From assembly GCF_009914755.1 (NCBI RefSeq), contig NC_060946.1: a DNA stretch of 64,000 nt, one strand, 5' to 3'. Origin of the DNA: the human T2T-CHM13v2.0 reference genome, Homo sapiens. The notes under the pieces were generated by a model. That model was not told the DNA's origin, searched no databases, and saw only the letters and a program-made list of their open reading frames with translations. The position numbers were made by a program, and so were the translations under genes. This document shows, in pieces, positions 47,997 to 61,937 of this stretch. Each line of letters begins with the position of its first letter. The first letter of the stretch is position 1.

Positions 47997-48473
47997 TGTG
48001 TGCGGAGTTGGCTCCTTCCGGGGGGTTCTTGGTCTCGCTGACTTCAAGAGTGAAGCTGTGGACCTTTGTGGTGAGTATCACAGCTCTTAAAGGTGGCGCA
48101 GACCCAAAGAGTGAGCAGCAGCAAGATTTACTGTGAAGAGCGAAAGAACAAAGCTTCCACAGCTTGGAAGGGAAGCCGAGAGGGATGCCGCTGCTGGCTG
48201 GGGTGGCCAGCTTTTATTCCCTTATTTCTCCCTGCCCACATCCTGCTGATTGGTCCATTTTACAGAGCACTGATTGGTCATTTTACAGAGTGCTGATTGG
48301 TCCATTTTATAAAGTGCTGATTGGTGTGTGTTTACAATCCTTTAGCTAGACACAGAGCACTGATGGTACATTTTTACAGAGTGCTAACTGATGCATTTAC
48401 AATCCTTTCGCTAGACATAAAAGTTCTCCAAGTCCCCATTTGACCCAGGAAGTCCAGCTGGCTTCACCTCTCA
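47997..48473 (-). mobile_element. LTR12 (ERV9) solo LTR, short LTR12/LTR12F type
   Basis: ttcttggtctcgctgacttcaag...gacccaaagagtgagcagcagcaagattt...(gctgattggtccattttacaga)n...ccagctggcttcacctctca. Confidence 0.92.
48210..48324 (-). promoter_or_regulatory. LTR12 U3 promoter motifs: four CCAAT (NF-Y) boxes and an AATAAAA TATA-like box
   Basis: attgg on + at 48249, 48273, 48296, 48320 (about 23-24 bp period); gcttttattccc at 48210-48221. Activity not shown. Confidence 0.65.
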
Positions 48474-49142
48474 TCAATTTCAAAAAAAGCATCCCCAACT
48501 CTGTGTATGAGTCCCTGTCACCCTACACCCAGGCATCATGGAGGTGGGGAAAAAGGACAGAAGTTCAAATCTGGGCTCTAGCCCCACACAAAGCATTTGA
48601 TCTCTCTAAGCCTTGGTTTCTTTACCTGTAAAATGGAGTGTGTTTCAGAGATGGAATGGGTCTCATGAGTCAGCATGGGGAACCTGTCTCATAGCTGCCC
48701 TAAATTGGCCTCCTGTGTGCCACCATCACTAGACTATGATGTTAGAAAAAAATGTGGTTACTTAGTTTTTTTTTAAGAGTAGTTGCTCATTTTTAAAAGT
48801 TGGTAAAATGGAGACGATGCCTACTTCACACAGTGGTATAAAAATTAAATTATATTAAAGGACTCAAGGGCGTGGTACACAAAATATACTCAGTAATAAG
48901 CTCCCGCCCTTCTTCCTGATCCCTCTATCTTATTCCATGTATTTAGCTATCAGTGCCTCTTTTGGTGCTTCCAGATGAAGGTAAGGGTCTGTGGGATGTA
49001 TGCAGGAGAGCAAAACACCCTGGGTGGTAGATTCAGGCATGCCTGGATTTAGATTCTAGTATCATCACTTAATCGCCATGTCACCTTGGACAGGTTTGCT
49101 CAGCTTTTCTGAGTTTCTGCTATTTATAAAGGTCATGATTTC

Positions 49143-49468
49143 TTTTTTAAAAAATTTTTAATTTTAGATTCTGGGGGTACACACGCATTTTTGTTACATG
49201 GGTACACTGTGTAATGGTGGAGACTGGACTTCCAGTATACCTGTCACCTGAATGTTGAACACTGTATCCAGCAGGCAATTTCTCACCCCTCACACAGCTC
49301 TCACCCTCCCCTCTTTTGGAGACCCCAGTGTCTATTATTTCCAACTTTGTATCCAGGTATGCCCGTTGTTTAGCTTCCATCTGTAAGTGAGAACATGTGA
49401 TATTTGATTTTCTGCTTCTGAGTTAGTTCACTTAGGATAATGGCCTCCAGCTCCATCCATGTTGCTAC
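49143..49468 (-). mobile_element. L1PB/L1MA 3' end
   Basis: ttttaattttagattctgggggtacac...tgttacatggg...taagtgagaacatg...aggataatggcctccagctccatccatgttgct. Confidence 0.85.
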
Positions 49469-49479
49469 ACTTACTTCAT

Positions 49480-49900
49480 CCTATCAGGCAGGGTGTGGGT
49501 GGAAACAGCACACTCTCCTGGGGAATCTAAGGAAGATTTAATAAAAGGACTATTTAATCTAAGTATATGCAGAATTAGGGGCAGTAACAAGAACCGTGCA
49601 GTTACTTGAGGAGGGGAAGAGTACTTGGGGCCATTACCACCCCAAGGCCAAAAGGGCCCAGGCCAGCAGATGCTGGAATCCAGAGAGAATTGCTGTTTGA
49701 GTAAGGCCACCTGGCTGAGGCAGTGACCTTCAGCAGAGGGACACAGCCTACCTGTGGCAACGCATAAGCCAGAACAGGAAAAAACATCTCAACCTCACTT
49801 CCCTCCTGCCCACCAGTCTCCCGGGAGGGCAGCCCTCCAGTCAACCCTAACGGAAACCAGAGCGAAAGCGAGACTAGAGATGCTTTATGCATCAGCCTCA
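49480..49900 (-). mobile_element. Old ERVL-type LTR (LTR33-like)
   Basis: gcacactc...tttaataaaaggactattt; gcagtgaccttcagcagagggacacagcc. Confidence 0.4.
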
Positions 49901-50024
49901 TGGAGCATAAAGTGAGGGTTACGGCAAGAGAGGACCTAGAAGGAAAAACCTCACACAACCGAGTCATACAGTTAACACAAGGGCAAATTAAATGAACAAC
50001 AACAAAATCAAAGCACAATGCCCT

Positions 50025-50330
<306 letters not shown>

Positions 50331-50379
50331 TAAGCACAATGCCTTGTATATAATAGGTACAAAACACATATCTGGAACA

Positions 50380-50452
50380 GATGGATGGATGGATGGATGA
50401 ATGCATGGATGGATGGATGGATGGATGGATGGATGATGGATGGCAGGCAGGC
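50380..50452. repeat. (GGAT)n tetranucleotide repeat with (GGCA) end
   Basis: Read directly. Confidence 0.9.
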
Positions 50453-51938
50453 ATAGGAAGGCGGGCGATTTGTCTACAATCCCACAGCCAGCAAGATGCA
50501 AAGCTCTAAGAGTCAGAATTTGCCAGGAGAAGGTTTGTGTTCTTTCCCCAAACTACATTATCCTTCCTCTAGAGTGAGCCATCACCGTTAAGATCCGAGG
50601 ACTCAGTGAGGAATTCCCTCCCATGTGCTTTATAAACATCTTCCTCATGAAAGCCCTGGCCTTTGGAGCTCAGCTCAGCTTCCTCTCTCCTCTAGCAATC
50701 TGCCTGAACTGAGGCTTGGCAATCATTAGTCCATGCTGCAGAGCTGTGCTATTTAATCAGACCTTTGATTAACTTATTCATCTATTTTGGTTACCATCAA
50801 AGCAGGAGAGCTGGGTGAAGACTGAACACGAGAGTGATGGGTTAAGCTGTCTAATTAGATTGCCCTGACTCTCCGTTTTATTTTTAACACACATGTGAGG
50901 CACTCAGTTACACTGCAAAACAGGAAGACTACAGGAATAAATTAATCTCAACATGAGCCCAGTCCTGAATGTCACTCCAAGTCCCCAACTTAATACATAA
51001 TCAATTAAGTCCAAGTGTTCAATTAGTTGTAAAGGAGGCAATGGGATGAGTTTGTATTCAGAAAGAAAGCCCCAGGAAAAGGTGGAAAATTAAGAAATTT
51101 GGTGGTGGGGAAAGAACAAGTGGTAAGAAGCAGGTACATTTATTACAAATAGCTCACCCTCTTAGAGACGGCATGATATCTAGCACTCTTCCCCCACCTC
51201 CGTCCACATTCTCCCCCTCTTTCAAGTCTCAACTTAGAAATCACTGCCTTCCAGCCACCCCCACCCCCACAGCCCCAGGCTGGATTAGGGGCTCCCAAAG
51301 CAAGAAGCAAGCTGTTTCCCTTCCTCCAGCACAGCATGTTATCCTGCTGGGTTCAATTTTCCATGCCCCTCTCCTGCACTTGACTGAAACTCCTTGAGGC
51401 AGGGACGATGTCTTTTTGACTGTGGTAACAACACAGTAATTATTCAAAAACTGTTTGATGAATGTGCATGACTACAGAGTCAGCCAGGCCTGAGTTCATT
51501 TTTCTCTGATATTTTCCTCACCTAGGAGCAGAAGTGTTCATGATTGCTAAAATCCAGGGTCAGGACAGAACAACAGAAGAGGCATAGTTTGTTGAGCCCT
51601 GAAGCCTGGGCTATAGAACTGGTTCTACTTTTAATGAGCTGTGTGACCTCAGGTAACTCACTTAACCTCCTTGAGTCTTAGTTTTCTCATCTGGAAAATG
51701 GGGGCCTACAATGTTATAGTATTCACAGGAGAAGGCACAGCATCCAGCCTCATGCGGGGCAAGCAACAGGTCTCCTCTAAGCCCACTTCTCCTCTCAGTG
51801 AATGCCTGTCAGCAATACCGAAGTTCAGATGACTCAGAATTTGGGGCATGATAAAAGCAGCAAATTCTGGTACCTTTGAAAGTAAAGGGGAAGTCAGGAA
51901 TGCAGATGGTTTTGTCAGGGGAAATAAGTCACTTGTCA

Positions 51939-52372
<434 letters not shown>

Positions 52373-53929
52373 TTAATCTCATTTCCATGCCGCAACACAC
52401 TTCAGTCCAACCAGGAACTTCTTACATCATGGGGTCAATGGAGAGAAGAGCACCCTCGAAGGCAGGCTGAGGAAACCTGGAGGGCACCAGGCAAATTTTC
52501 CCGAGAGCACCCCATAGAGAAGTCAACACCTGGCAGAGTAATATCCCACCATGTTGTTCATCACTATCAACACGCCAAAGGGTTCGTGTAATTAAAATGA
52601 TAATAAAAATGAGAGTTAGTTTATTTTAATGGGCAGATCATTATCCTTGCAATGGCTGTTAATAATTCTAAGCAGCATGGTCTAAACTTCAATCAGCAAA
52701 AATGCAGTCATGCCCAAGATTATCACCTAATTCACTTATGTAAAGGGAGCACAGGCAACCCCAGGTTTTAAGGGTTTTATGTAAACTGGGGGGTTGGGGA
52801 TGCTCTCAAAGGGAAATCTGCCTTCTTGAAGAAGCTGCCAATTACCAGGTAGACCCAAAGGGGAGCATCTATGAGGCGGTGTAAGTGATTCTAGGGTATA
52901 TCTGATGCCAGGTGGTCCACAGAGAAGTTGACCAGATTAGCAGTATGAGCATGGAGGCAGAGAGCTGGACAGTGGACACACCTCACCTCTACAGGTGACT
53001 GCCCAAAACACAGGGGATGGAGGAAAGCCATGTCTCAATGGTGATGACACATTTCTGACCTTTGATAAATAAGGGAAAAACAGGAAAATAGACTGGTTTT
53101 GTCAGGAAATGATGCTCACTCCTTCTCCAAGATGTGGATTTCCAGGAGTCATTGAGATACCCCAGTAAAGATAATAATAGAAAATATGCCTAGCACGTGC
53201 TGGGTGTCAGGCATTGTGGCAAGACCTTTATATGGGCTGACCTATTTAAACTCCTCCTACCAAGATTAAGGGTTGTCTATTATTTAGTACCCAAAGTTTG
53301 GTGGTCCTTTTCCTTACCTCAACTTTCAGTCCCCCAGTCCTAGATACTCTACTCTGAACTGATGTGTTTCTCTCTTTCCCTCCCTTCCCACTGGACCTGG
53401 CTTATTCAATGTGCTCTTCACTCTTCTGATTTACTGCAGGGTCAGGACTGAGCCTCTGCCTCCCTCCAGACACATTTTCATTCTCCAAGCAGTTTTTCAA
53501 ACAATTAGGTACAATGTCTTTAGAGCTGGGCATTCCTGGCTTCCAAATCTCTCCAGGCCTTAATTTTCTCACCTGTAAAAAGGGTAATAGTAGTATATCC
53601 TGCTTCCTTCCTAAGGCGTTACTATATATGTAATCTGTAAGCTCTCCTCTGCCATACTGGAAATATTTTTTGCTCAAAATAGATTGCTTACCCATATTAA
53701 CATTTTGCTGTGGATTACAAATCACCTTGACATATTTTAAAAAATTAAAAAAAGAAGTCATCCCAGCTGCAGAATGTTTGAAAAGTCATTTGCCTTTCAT
53801 GTTGTTTCTGAGTGGTTGTCTTGGCAACCAACCTATATGTTCAGAGTATAATTGTTAAGAAACAGAAGTGGGGCGGGGCTTGAGATGCTGGGACAGAGAC
53901 ACTGGCAGATGCCTTGGAAGAAGATCGTT

Positions 53930-54140
53930 AAATGAGCACGAGCTTTGGAGTCTGGCTGGCCCAATTCTGAATCCTGACTCTACCACAACCAGCCTGGCAA
54001 AGTCACCTCTCTAAGTCTCAAGCTCCCCACCCATAAAATAGAGAAAACAATACACATTGCATGAGGTTTGAAAAAGCATTAAATGAGGTAGGAGAGTCAA
54101 AGTGCCTAGCACAATGCTTGCCACATCAGGGCTCGATATG
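53930..54140 (+). mobile_element. MIR
   Basis: gagctttggagtctgg...ttctgaatcctgactctacc...cattaaatgag...gtgcctagcaca. Confidence 0.75.
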
Positions 54141-54159
54141 AGTGTTTAAAATGACACAT

Positions 54160-54448
<289 letters not shown>

Positions 54449-54675
54449 ATGGTTAACAACACATAGTCTGGAGACTGACTGACTGGGTTTGAATACTGGC
54501 TCCATCATTCACTATCTGAGTCATTCTGGGCAAGCAGTTAAACCTCTATGTACCTCAGTTTTCATCAGTAAATTGGGGCTACTTACAGCACATACTCCAT
54601 AGGATTGTGAAAATTCTGGTGCTATATCTAAGCAATGGATATTGTTAACTGTTAATATTATGACTGATGATACTA

Positions 54676-55002
<327 letters not shown>

Positions 55003-55189
55003 TCATCTGCATTTGTGAGTATTCACCCTTGGCAGCACAGAGAAACTCCAGTTTAGCTCAGTTGAGATCATTTAGTGAGACATTTATGGAACACCTTAAT
55101 ATGGGGCAGGTACTGAGGAGGGCGAGGGACCAGGGTCCATGATGAAGGAAACATGGCTGACGTTCTCAAGGAGTCCATGGTCTAGTGGA

Positions 55190-55695
55190 TATTCAGTATC
55201 CATGACTGCACAAGTTACCTCAAAATGCAGCAGCTTAAAACAGCACCAGTTATTTATTAACTCAAATGGTTTCTGTGTGTCAGGAATCTCAGAGTATATT
55301 CGCTGGGTGGTTCTTAGGATTCCTCATGAGGTTGCAGTCATCTGAATACTTGCTCTGGGATGTAAGATCTAATTCTATGCTGGCTCCCACATACATGCCC
55401 GGCAGTTGATGCCAGCTATCAATAAGAAGGCTCACGTTTTTGCCACTCCAGAAGTCTGCTTGAGAGTCTTTACAACATGCTGGCTTCCCCCAAAGTGAGT
55501 GGTCCCAAAGACAGCAAGGTGGAGGCAAGGTTATCTTGAAAACTTGGCCTCAGAAGTAACATGGCATCATTCCTGCAACATCTTATTGGTTATATAGGTA
55601 AGTTTATGCAATGTGGGAAGGGACTAGACATGGGAGTGAATGAATGCTAGGAGGTGGGAATTACTGGGTGCCATCTTGGAAACTGGCTACCACAT
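55190..55695 (-). mobile_element. MLT1G/H-like MaLR LTR
   Basis: gcagcttaaaac...tctgtgtgtcaggaat...catgaggttgcagtca... ends ccatcttggaaactggctaccaca. Confidence 0.75.
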
Positions 55696-55741
55696 CTGTA
55701 ATTATAGAATGTTATGAACTGGACTGTGATAAATTCCAAGT

Positions 55742-56040
55742 ACAGCCATCCTTGGAGTCTGTGGGTTATTAGTTACATGACCCCTTTTGGAGATCAAAAT
55801 CCAAAGATGCTCAAGTCTCTGATATAAAATGGTGCCCTATTGCATATAACCTATGCACATCCTCCTGTATACTTTAAATCATCTCTAGATTACTTATAAC
55901 ACCTAATACAATGTAAAAATTATGTAAACAGTTGTTATACTGTATTGTTTTGGGAATGACAAGAAAAAACTCTGTACATGTTCAATATAGATGCAACCAT
56001 CTATTTTTTTTTCAAGTGTTTTCAGCCCTTGGTTGTTTGA
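55742..56040 (+). mobile_element. MER2
   Basis: caaaatccaaagatgctcaagtctctgatataaaatgg...atactttaaatcatctctagattactta. Confidence 0.88.
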
Positions 56041-56231
56041 GATACGTATAGCAGTGGTCCAGTAGAAGGACAATTAAAGGGGAGTGATAAGAAAGGAGGG
56101 ACAACAATCAGATAGAGATGTCTGGAGGAAATAAACCTTAAATTTGGTCTTGAAAAATGGGTTGAAAATTGAGATTCTCAAATATTGGGAGAAAAGCATG
56201 ATAGGACAACGAAGGCACAGAGATATAAACA

Positions 56232-56232
<1 letters not shown>

Positions 56233-56270
<38 letters not shown>
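56233..56270. repeat. (TG)19 microsatellite
   Basis: Read directly. Confidence 0.95.
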
Positions 56271-56276
<6 letters not shown>

Positions 56277-56549
56277 ACTATAGTCTGATACACTTAATGA
56301 AAAAGCTTAGAGTTGAAAATGATAGAGATGGATATGGAAAGGTAGGACAGGATCAAATGTTGGAGAAGACCAGGACCATATGCCATACAAAAGAGCACTG
56401 GATAATATCCCAGAGACAGTGGGAAAAACAAAAGGGGTTTCATGAGCTAAGAGATGTGATCTCATCTATATTTTTGGAATATACTCTAATGATTTATGGA
56501 GGAAAGATTAACAGAAGGCAGCTGAGAGGCATCAGAACCTTGGAGGAAG

Positions 56550-56680
56550 CCTGGTGAAAATCTAGATTCCCAGGATCCTATTGAGAGGTTACAATTCATT
56601 AGATTTGTGGTAGGGCCTAGAAATCCGTATTTTAAAACCAGCACCCCGGGTGATTCAAAAGCAAGTCTCCATAGATTACC
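56550..56680. mobile_element. MER5A-like fragment
   Basis: tgaaaatctagattcccagg...tagggcctagaaatccgtattttaaaaccagcaccccgggtgattc. Confidence 0.6.
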
Positions 56681-58194
56681 CTCTAAGAAACACCAAGTTA
56701 GGAGACAGAAAATGCTATTTCTCAAGGTCTTCTTGGCTGAATCATTTACACTGGATCAACAACCAACTTATTGTTCAGAAACAAGTCATAAGATAGCCCC
56801 AAGCTTAAGTGCCCCACCTGAAACTAATACTTTGTTGGATTTATGGGGAGAGAAGACCTTTCTCAAATATTAATAAAAGGAAGTGTTGATGTAAGATCAG
56901 GAGTTCTTTAGCTATCTCTATACCTCATAGGCAGTTTATGACAGTGAGGCCAGGAAGGCTTCTTGGCTGTACTTCTTTTTAAATTTAGAAGTCCTGTTTA
57001 AATACAAGCAGCTCTAGGTCAGCTACAGCAAAATTCTTAGTAACCAGCATCAACAGGAGAACTGAATTACATATTTCATGCCTTCTTATATTAGCAACTT
57101 AGAAGGAAATGTTGAGAGAGCCTGGAAGCTGGTCTTTGCAGGTGACAGCAATCTCCCGTAAGCATCAATGAACATTTATTCAGACATACAACCCTAGCCC
57201 AAAATAAGATTAGCTGGCTTGCACCTAAAAATGCTCATTATTCAGAAGTCTACTAAGCAACCATCTTCTGCAAACATAAATAATTCCAGAATGATGACAA
57301 AGGAGAAGTGAACCAAGGGGAATGTGATCGTGGATCTACAGACACGTCCCTCCTCCTATCGGTGGCACAAAACCCCTTCCTCTCTCATCGCCCAGCAAGA
57401 AGCATCCTCTATTTAGCTTTGCGAAGCTTGAGGGGATTGGTCACTGGAGCATTTACAGACTGCCTGAACATCCTTCAGTACTTTATGTTATGAAATGGAG
57501 CATTTCAAAGCACTGGGAATTCTGATTTGTGAACTGGACTGTTACAGTGGCTTAATTTCCTGAAATATAGCTGCCTTCTTCACTAATAGATTTTTCAATG
57601 CACTGAGGAGAAAATTGCATTAGCTGCTGCGTAGCCTGATCTTAATAATTTTAGAAGCTGCAATTCTTATTACCGTGCACAGTATGTATTTATGTATGTA
57701 GACTTAGCACAGTGTCTGACACATAGAAGGCACTCAATGAATAGTTTTGAAAAAGTGAAACAATGCATTTACACAGAAAACACTTATTGAGAACCATTGC
57801 TTCTGATGGGGATATACTGATGCACCTGCTTCGTTCATTCATTCATTCAACACTTCAGCGACTTCTAAGTGTAAAGCTCTGTGCCAGATGATTGCTTTGA
57901 GGAAATAACAGTGCAGTTTGGGGAGACATAACAAATAATTTCAGAAAGGATGGTCACAGCTGTCAGGGTGGTGGTTTACCCTGATAGGAGGTGGGAGTGA
58001 GGGAGGTGGGGCATGGGATGGTGAAGATATCCAGGTGGCTTTGGTGCTATTGTTCTAGTTTTAAGTTAGATGACACGGTGCTTTATCAGGGTATGCCATA
58101 ACCTGTCTATCTGTAGTCTTCCTATGTATGTGAATATGCTCATATATACAGATATCACCGCGAAAGCACATGGATAAACATGTGTGTGTATACA

Positions 58195-58540
58195 TACCCT
58201 CTCTATCTGTGGAGGATTGGTTCCAGCACCCTCAAGGATACCAAAATCCTCAGGTGCACAAGTTCCCTGATGTAAAATAGTGTAGTATTTGCATATAACA
58301 TAGGTATATCCTCCCATATACTTTAAATCATCCCTAGAGTGCTTATTAATACCTAATGCAATGTAAATACTATGTAAATGGCTGTTATACAGTATTGTTT
58401 AGAGCATACTGAAAAGAAAATAAATATCCATAAATGTTCAGTTCAGGTGTAACCCATCTATTCTTTTCCCCTGAATACTGTCAAGTCTTGGTGGGTTGAA
58501 CCCAAGAATACAGAACCCACAGATATAGATAGGTGACTAT
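58195..58540 (+). mobile_element. MER2
   Basis: ggattggttccagcaccc...ggataccaaaatcc...gtagtatttgcatataac...tactttaaatcat...gaacccacagata. Confidence 0.88.
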
Positions 58541-60627
58541 GTATGCGTGGTGTATTTAGTTATATTTCATTCCTGTTCAAAGTGCTAAGAAGAGAGATAA
58601 TCACTCTGCTATTAAACGCAAGTGGAAAAAAAGACTTTGTTTCTGTTACCATAAATTTACTCTATTGCATGCATTCTTAACAGACACAAAAGTTGGTTCT
58701 TGTGGGGATCAAAAAAAAATAAGATATTCCAATGGTTTGGTATTAAAATCTCATGTTAGAGGTTTAATCAGGGAAATAAAAAGTATAAAAAGGCACATAG
58801 GAGAGGGGAGTGATAATATTTAAAAAGAGGTTAAGAAACACCACCCTCCAGGATCTTACAACACTAAAATAGCCACAAAACAGAGAAGTATGCAAAAGCA
58901 CACGCATACACATCTCAAAAACCTGCTCCCCGATCTTAGCCTCTGCTGAATCCAACAGTTCCTTCTTGCCTTTCTGAATTTAATCAGAAGGCAGCTGAAT
59001 CAGAAAACACACTTCTCTGTTGTCAAGTTCATCTGGATATTTGGGGAGCAATTTCTCTCGCTCTCACAACCATACCTTCTTCCACTCTTACCTCCGCCTT
59101 CCCATGGAGCCATCTAAAAAGGGCAGCCACATAGGCTGCAATTAAAGAAGCCCCACACTGCTCTACATTAATGAGGCACTTTGCTTTTCATTTTCAGAGG
59201 GCTCTTTAGCACTTTGTAGGTGACACCCTTGCCTGTGACAATCTCTGTTACTAGCTGCGGAGATACACCTTGCAGGTGAGTTTAAACACACGGACAGCAA
59301 CTTACAAGCAGGCAAAGACAGTTGAGGAGGATGATCCAGAGTTGTCCCTTTATTAATTTCTGATTGGTTTAAAAACTGTTTTCTTTCACCACACATAGAA
59401 GGCAAAAGTCTCTTGGTGTAGTAAAAGGAAAACCTTGTCAATGGCAGTCCAGATGTCTTCTGGCTGACAGCCAAAATGAATCTCTTCACTGGTCACCCTG
59501 AAAAGATGATGGCTTCACTCAGCTCTTGTAATACATCTAACAAACATTAACCAAAGGTCTTATTGCAATTTTGAATACTTTTAACCTTGACCTTCAAGCC
59601 CTGCTTCAGAAGATTTAGACCGTGGTAATATTGACATTCACCTCCCCCCGCCAACAACAGGCCTTTACTGTTTAATATGATGGTTGTCAAGGCAACCAGA
59701 TTGTGAGGATGGCTGTCTAACCTTTCTAGATTTAGAATTTATCATACATGAGAATGCAGAAGGGAAAAATGTCACCCTTAAAAAGTAGTATAGAAGACGG
59801 TACAAGGTACAAGGTAATTCCATTGTGCCTTTACTTCCACTTGGGGATTTGGCTACTGATCAAAGGAATTCCTAATGCTCTAAATCCCCTTTAAAAAAAT
59901 CACCTAATTCCGAAAGTGAGTCATTTATCTAAACACTCATTGTGTGTGCCAAATTCTGTACTAGATACTAAGGAAAGAGGAGTAAATGAAAAATGTTCCT
60001 CTTTCTTAGAAGATCACCATTAAATGGGAGAAAATATTATTATGTTTATAATAACAATCGCATTTGTTGAATGCTTACTATGTAACAGACAGTATACTAA
60101 AGCAATTTACAAGTATCTTTTAATTCACCCAATAACCTTTATTACTGTGTGTGATGTAGACATCAAGGAAATCACCCAATTATAATGAATTATAGGAGCT
60201 GGGATTAAAAATCAGATTTGCCTCTTTCCAAAAACCTTAATCGTTTTTGGAAATGGATTCAAATATGATACTCACATGATTATTACACAGTGAAATCTGT
60301 ATATAAATTCTTACCAACATTCTTAGAACATAGCAAAATTAATTGTACTCAGAAATGGGAAGTAAAATCAGGAAAGACAAAGGTGACTACTAGATTGAGC
60401 TCATACTGTTAGCAGAAACAAACATTCCAATGCAGTTATAATAGAGTCATACACCTTCTCAGAACAAATGTTTCTCCAATCTCTAAAGGACTGCAAGTGG
60501 CCAGTAACGCTCTACTGAGAAAGCTGTTAACACCAAAATACAAAGCAGGAAGGGAAGCTTGGAAACATATGTCCAGACCCAGGAAGATTGTTACAATGGA
60601 TTTTTAACTTCTGTACTTTAGAGTGTG

Positions 60628-60982
60628 TGATATGGTTTGGCTGTGTCCCCACCCAAATCTCATCTTGAATTCCCAGGTGTTGTGGGAGGGACCTGGTGGG
60701 AGGTAATTGAATCATGGGGGCAAGTCTTTCCCGTGCTGTTCTTGTGACAGTGAGTAAGTCTCATGAGATCTGATGGTTTTAAAAAGAGGAGTTCCCCTGC
60801 ACAAGCTCTCTCTTTGCCTGCTGCCATCCATGTAAGATGGGACTTGCTCCTCCTTGCCTTCCACCATGATTGTGAGGCATCCCCAGCCACGCGGAATTTT
60901 AAGTCCAGTTAAATCTCTTTCTTTTGTAAATTGTCCAGTCTTGGGTATATCTTTATCAGCACCATGAAAACGGACTAATACA
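60628..60982 (+). mobile_element. THE1 (THE1A-like) MaLR solo LTR
   Basis: tgatatggtttggctgtgtccccacccaaatctcatcttgaattccc ... aaaacggactaataca; perfect 5-bp TSD gtgtg. Confidence 0.95.
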
Positions 60983-61551
60983 GTGTGCCAGGGAAAGTCT
61001 CAGCCTTCTAAAACTAACGGTTAGCATTTGTACATTACGGAGGGTCCTGAGCAGGAGCCAAGTGGAGCCTGGATGTCCTCCTTCAGGACACTGATAAAGA
61101 CCTGCTGCAGCCCCAGCCCAGGGCTGGCCACACTTTGGAATTACATGGGCGCACTACTGGGCCTACCCCAGAAAAACTAAACTATGACATCTAGTGGTAG
61201 GGCCTGGCATTGCTGCTTGTTTGGGTTTGGAACACAAGCCATGCTAAAGTGTCATCCAGAGTGGCCCCTAGCATTGTTTTGGTGGTGTTGTTTTGTGTTA
61301 CCAACAGTACCAAGTGATTCTTAGGTGCAATCAAGCCTGAGGTACACAACAATTGGGAAGTGAGCCAATCAATTAATTCTAACTGGGGAAGATCAAGACC
61401 CAACTTAATAGCACAGCTCTGTAACTTTATTTTCTGTTTGCACAGAATTGCTGAGTTCCTACATAGTATACATATTTTTTAATCCCCTGGGAATATTTAA
61501 GCGTCCTTGATCTGGAAGCAACATGGAATGATGGCACGAGCACTATCTTCA

Positions 61552-61937
<386 letters not shown>

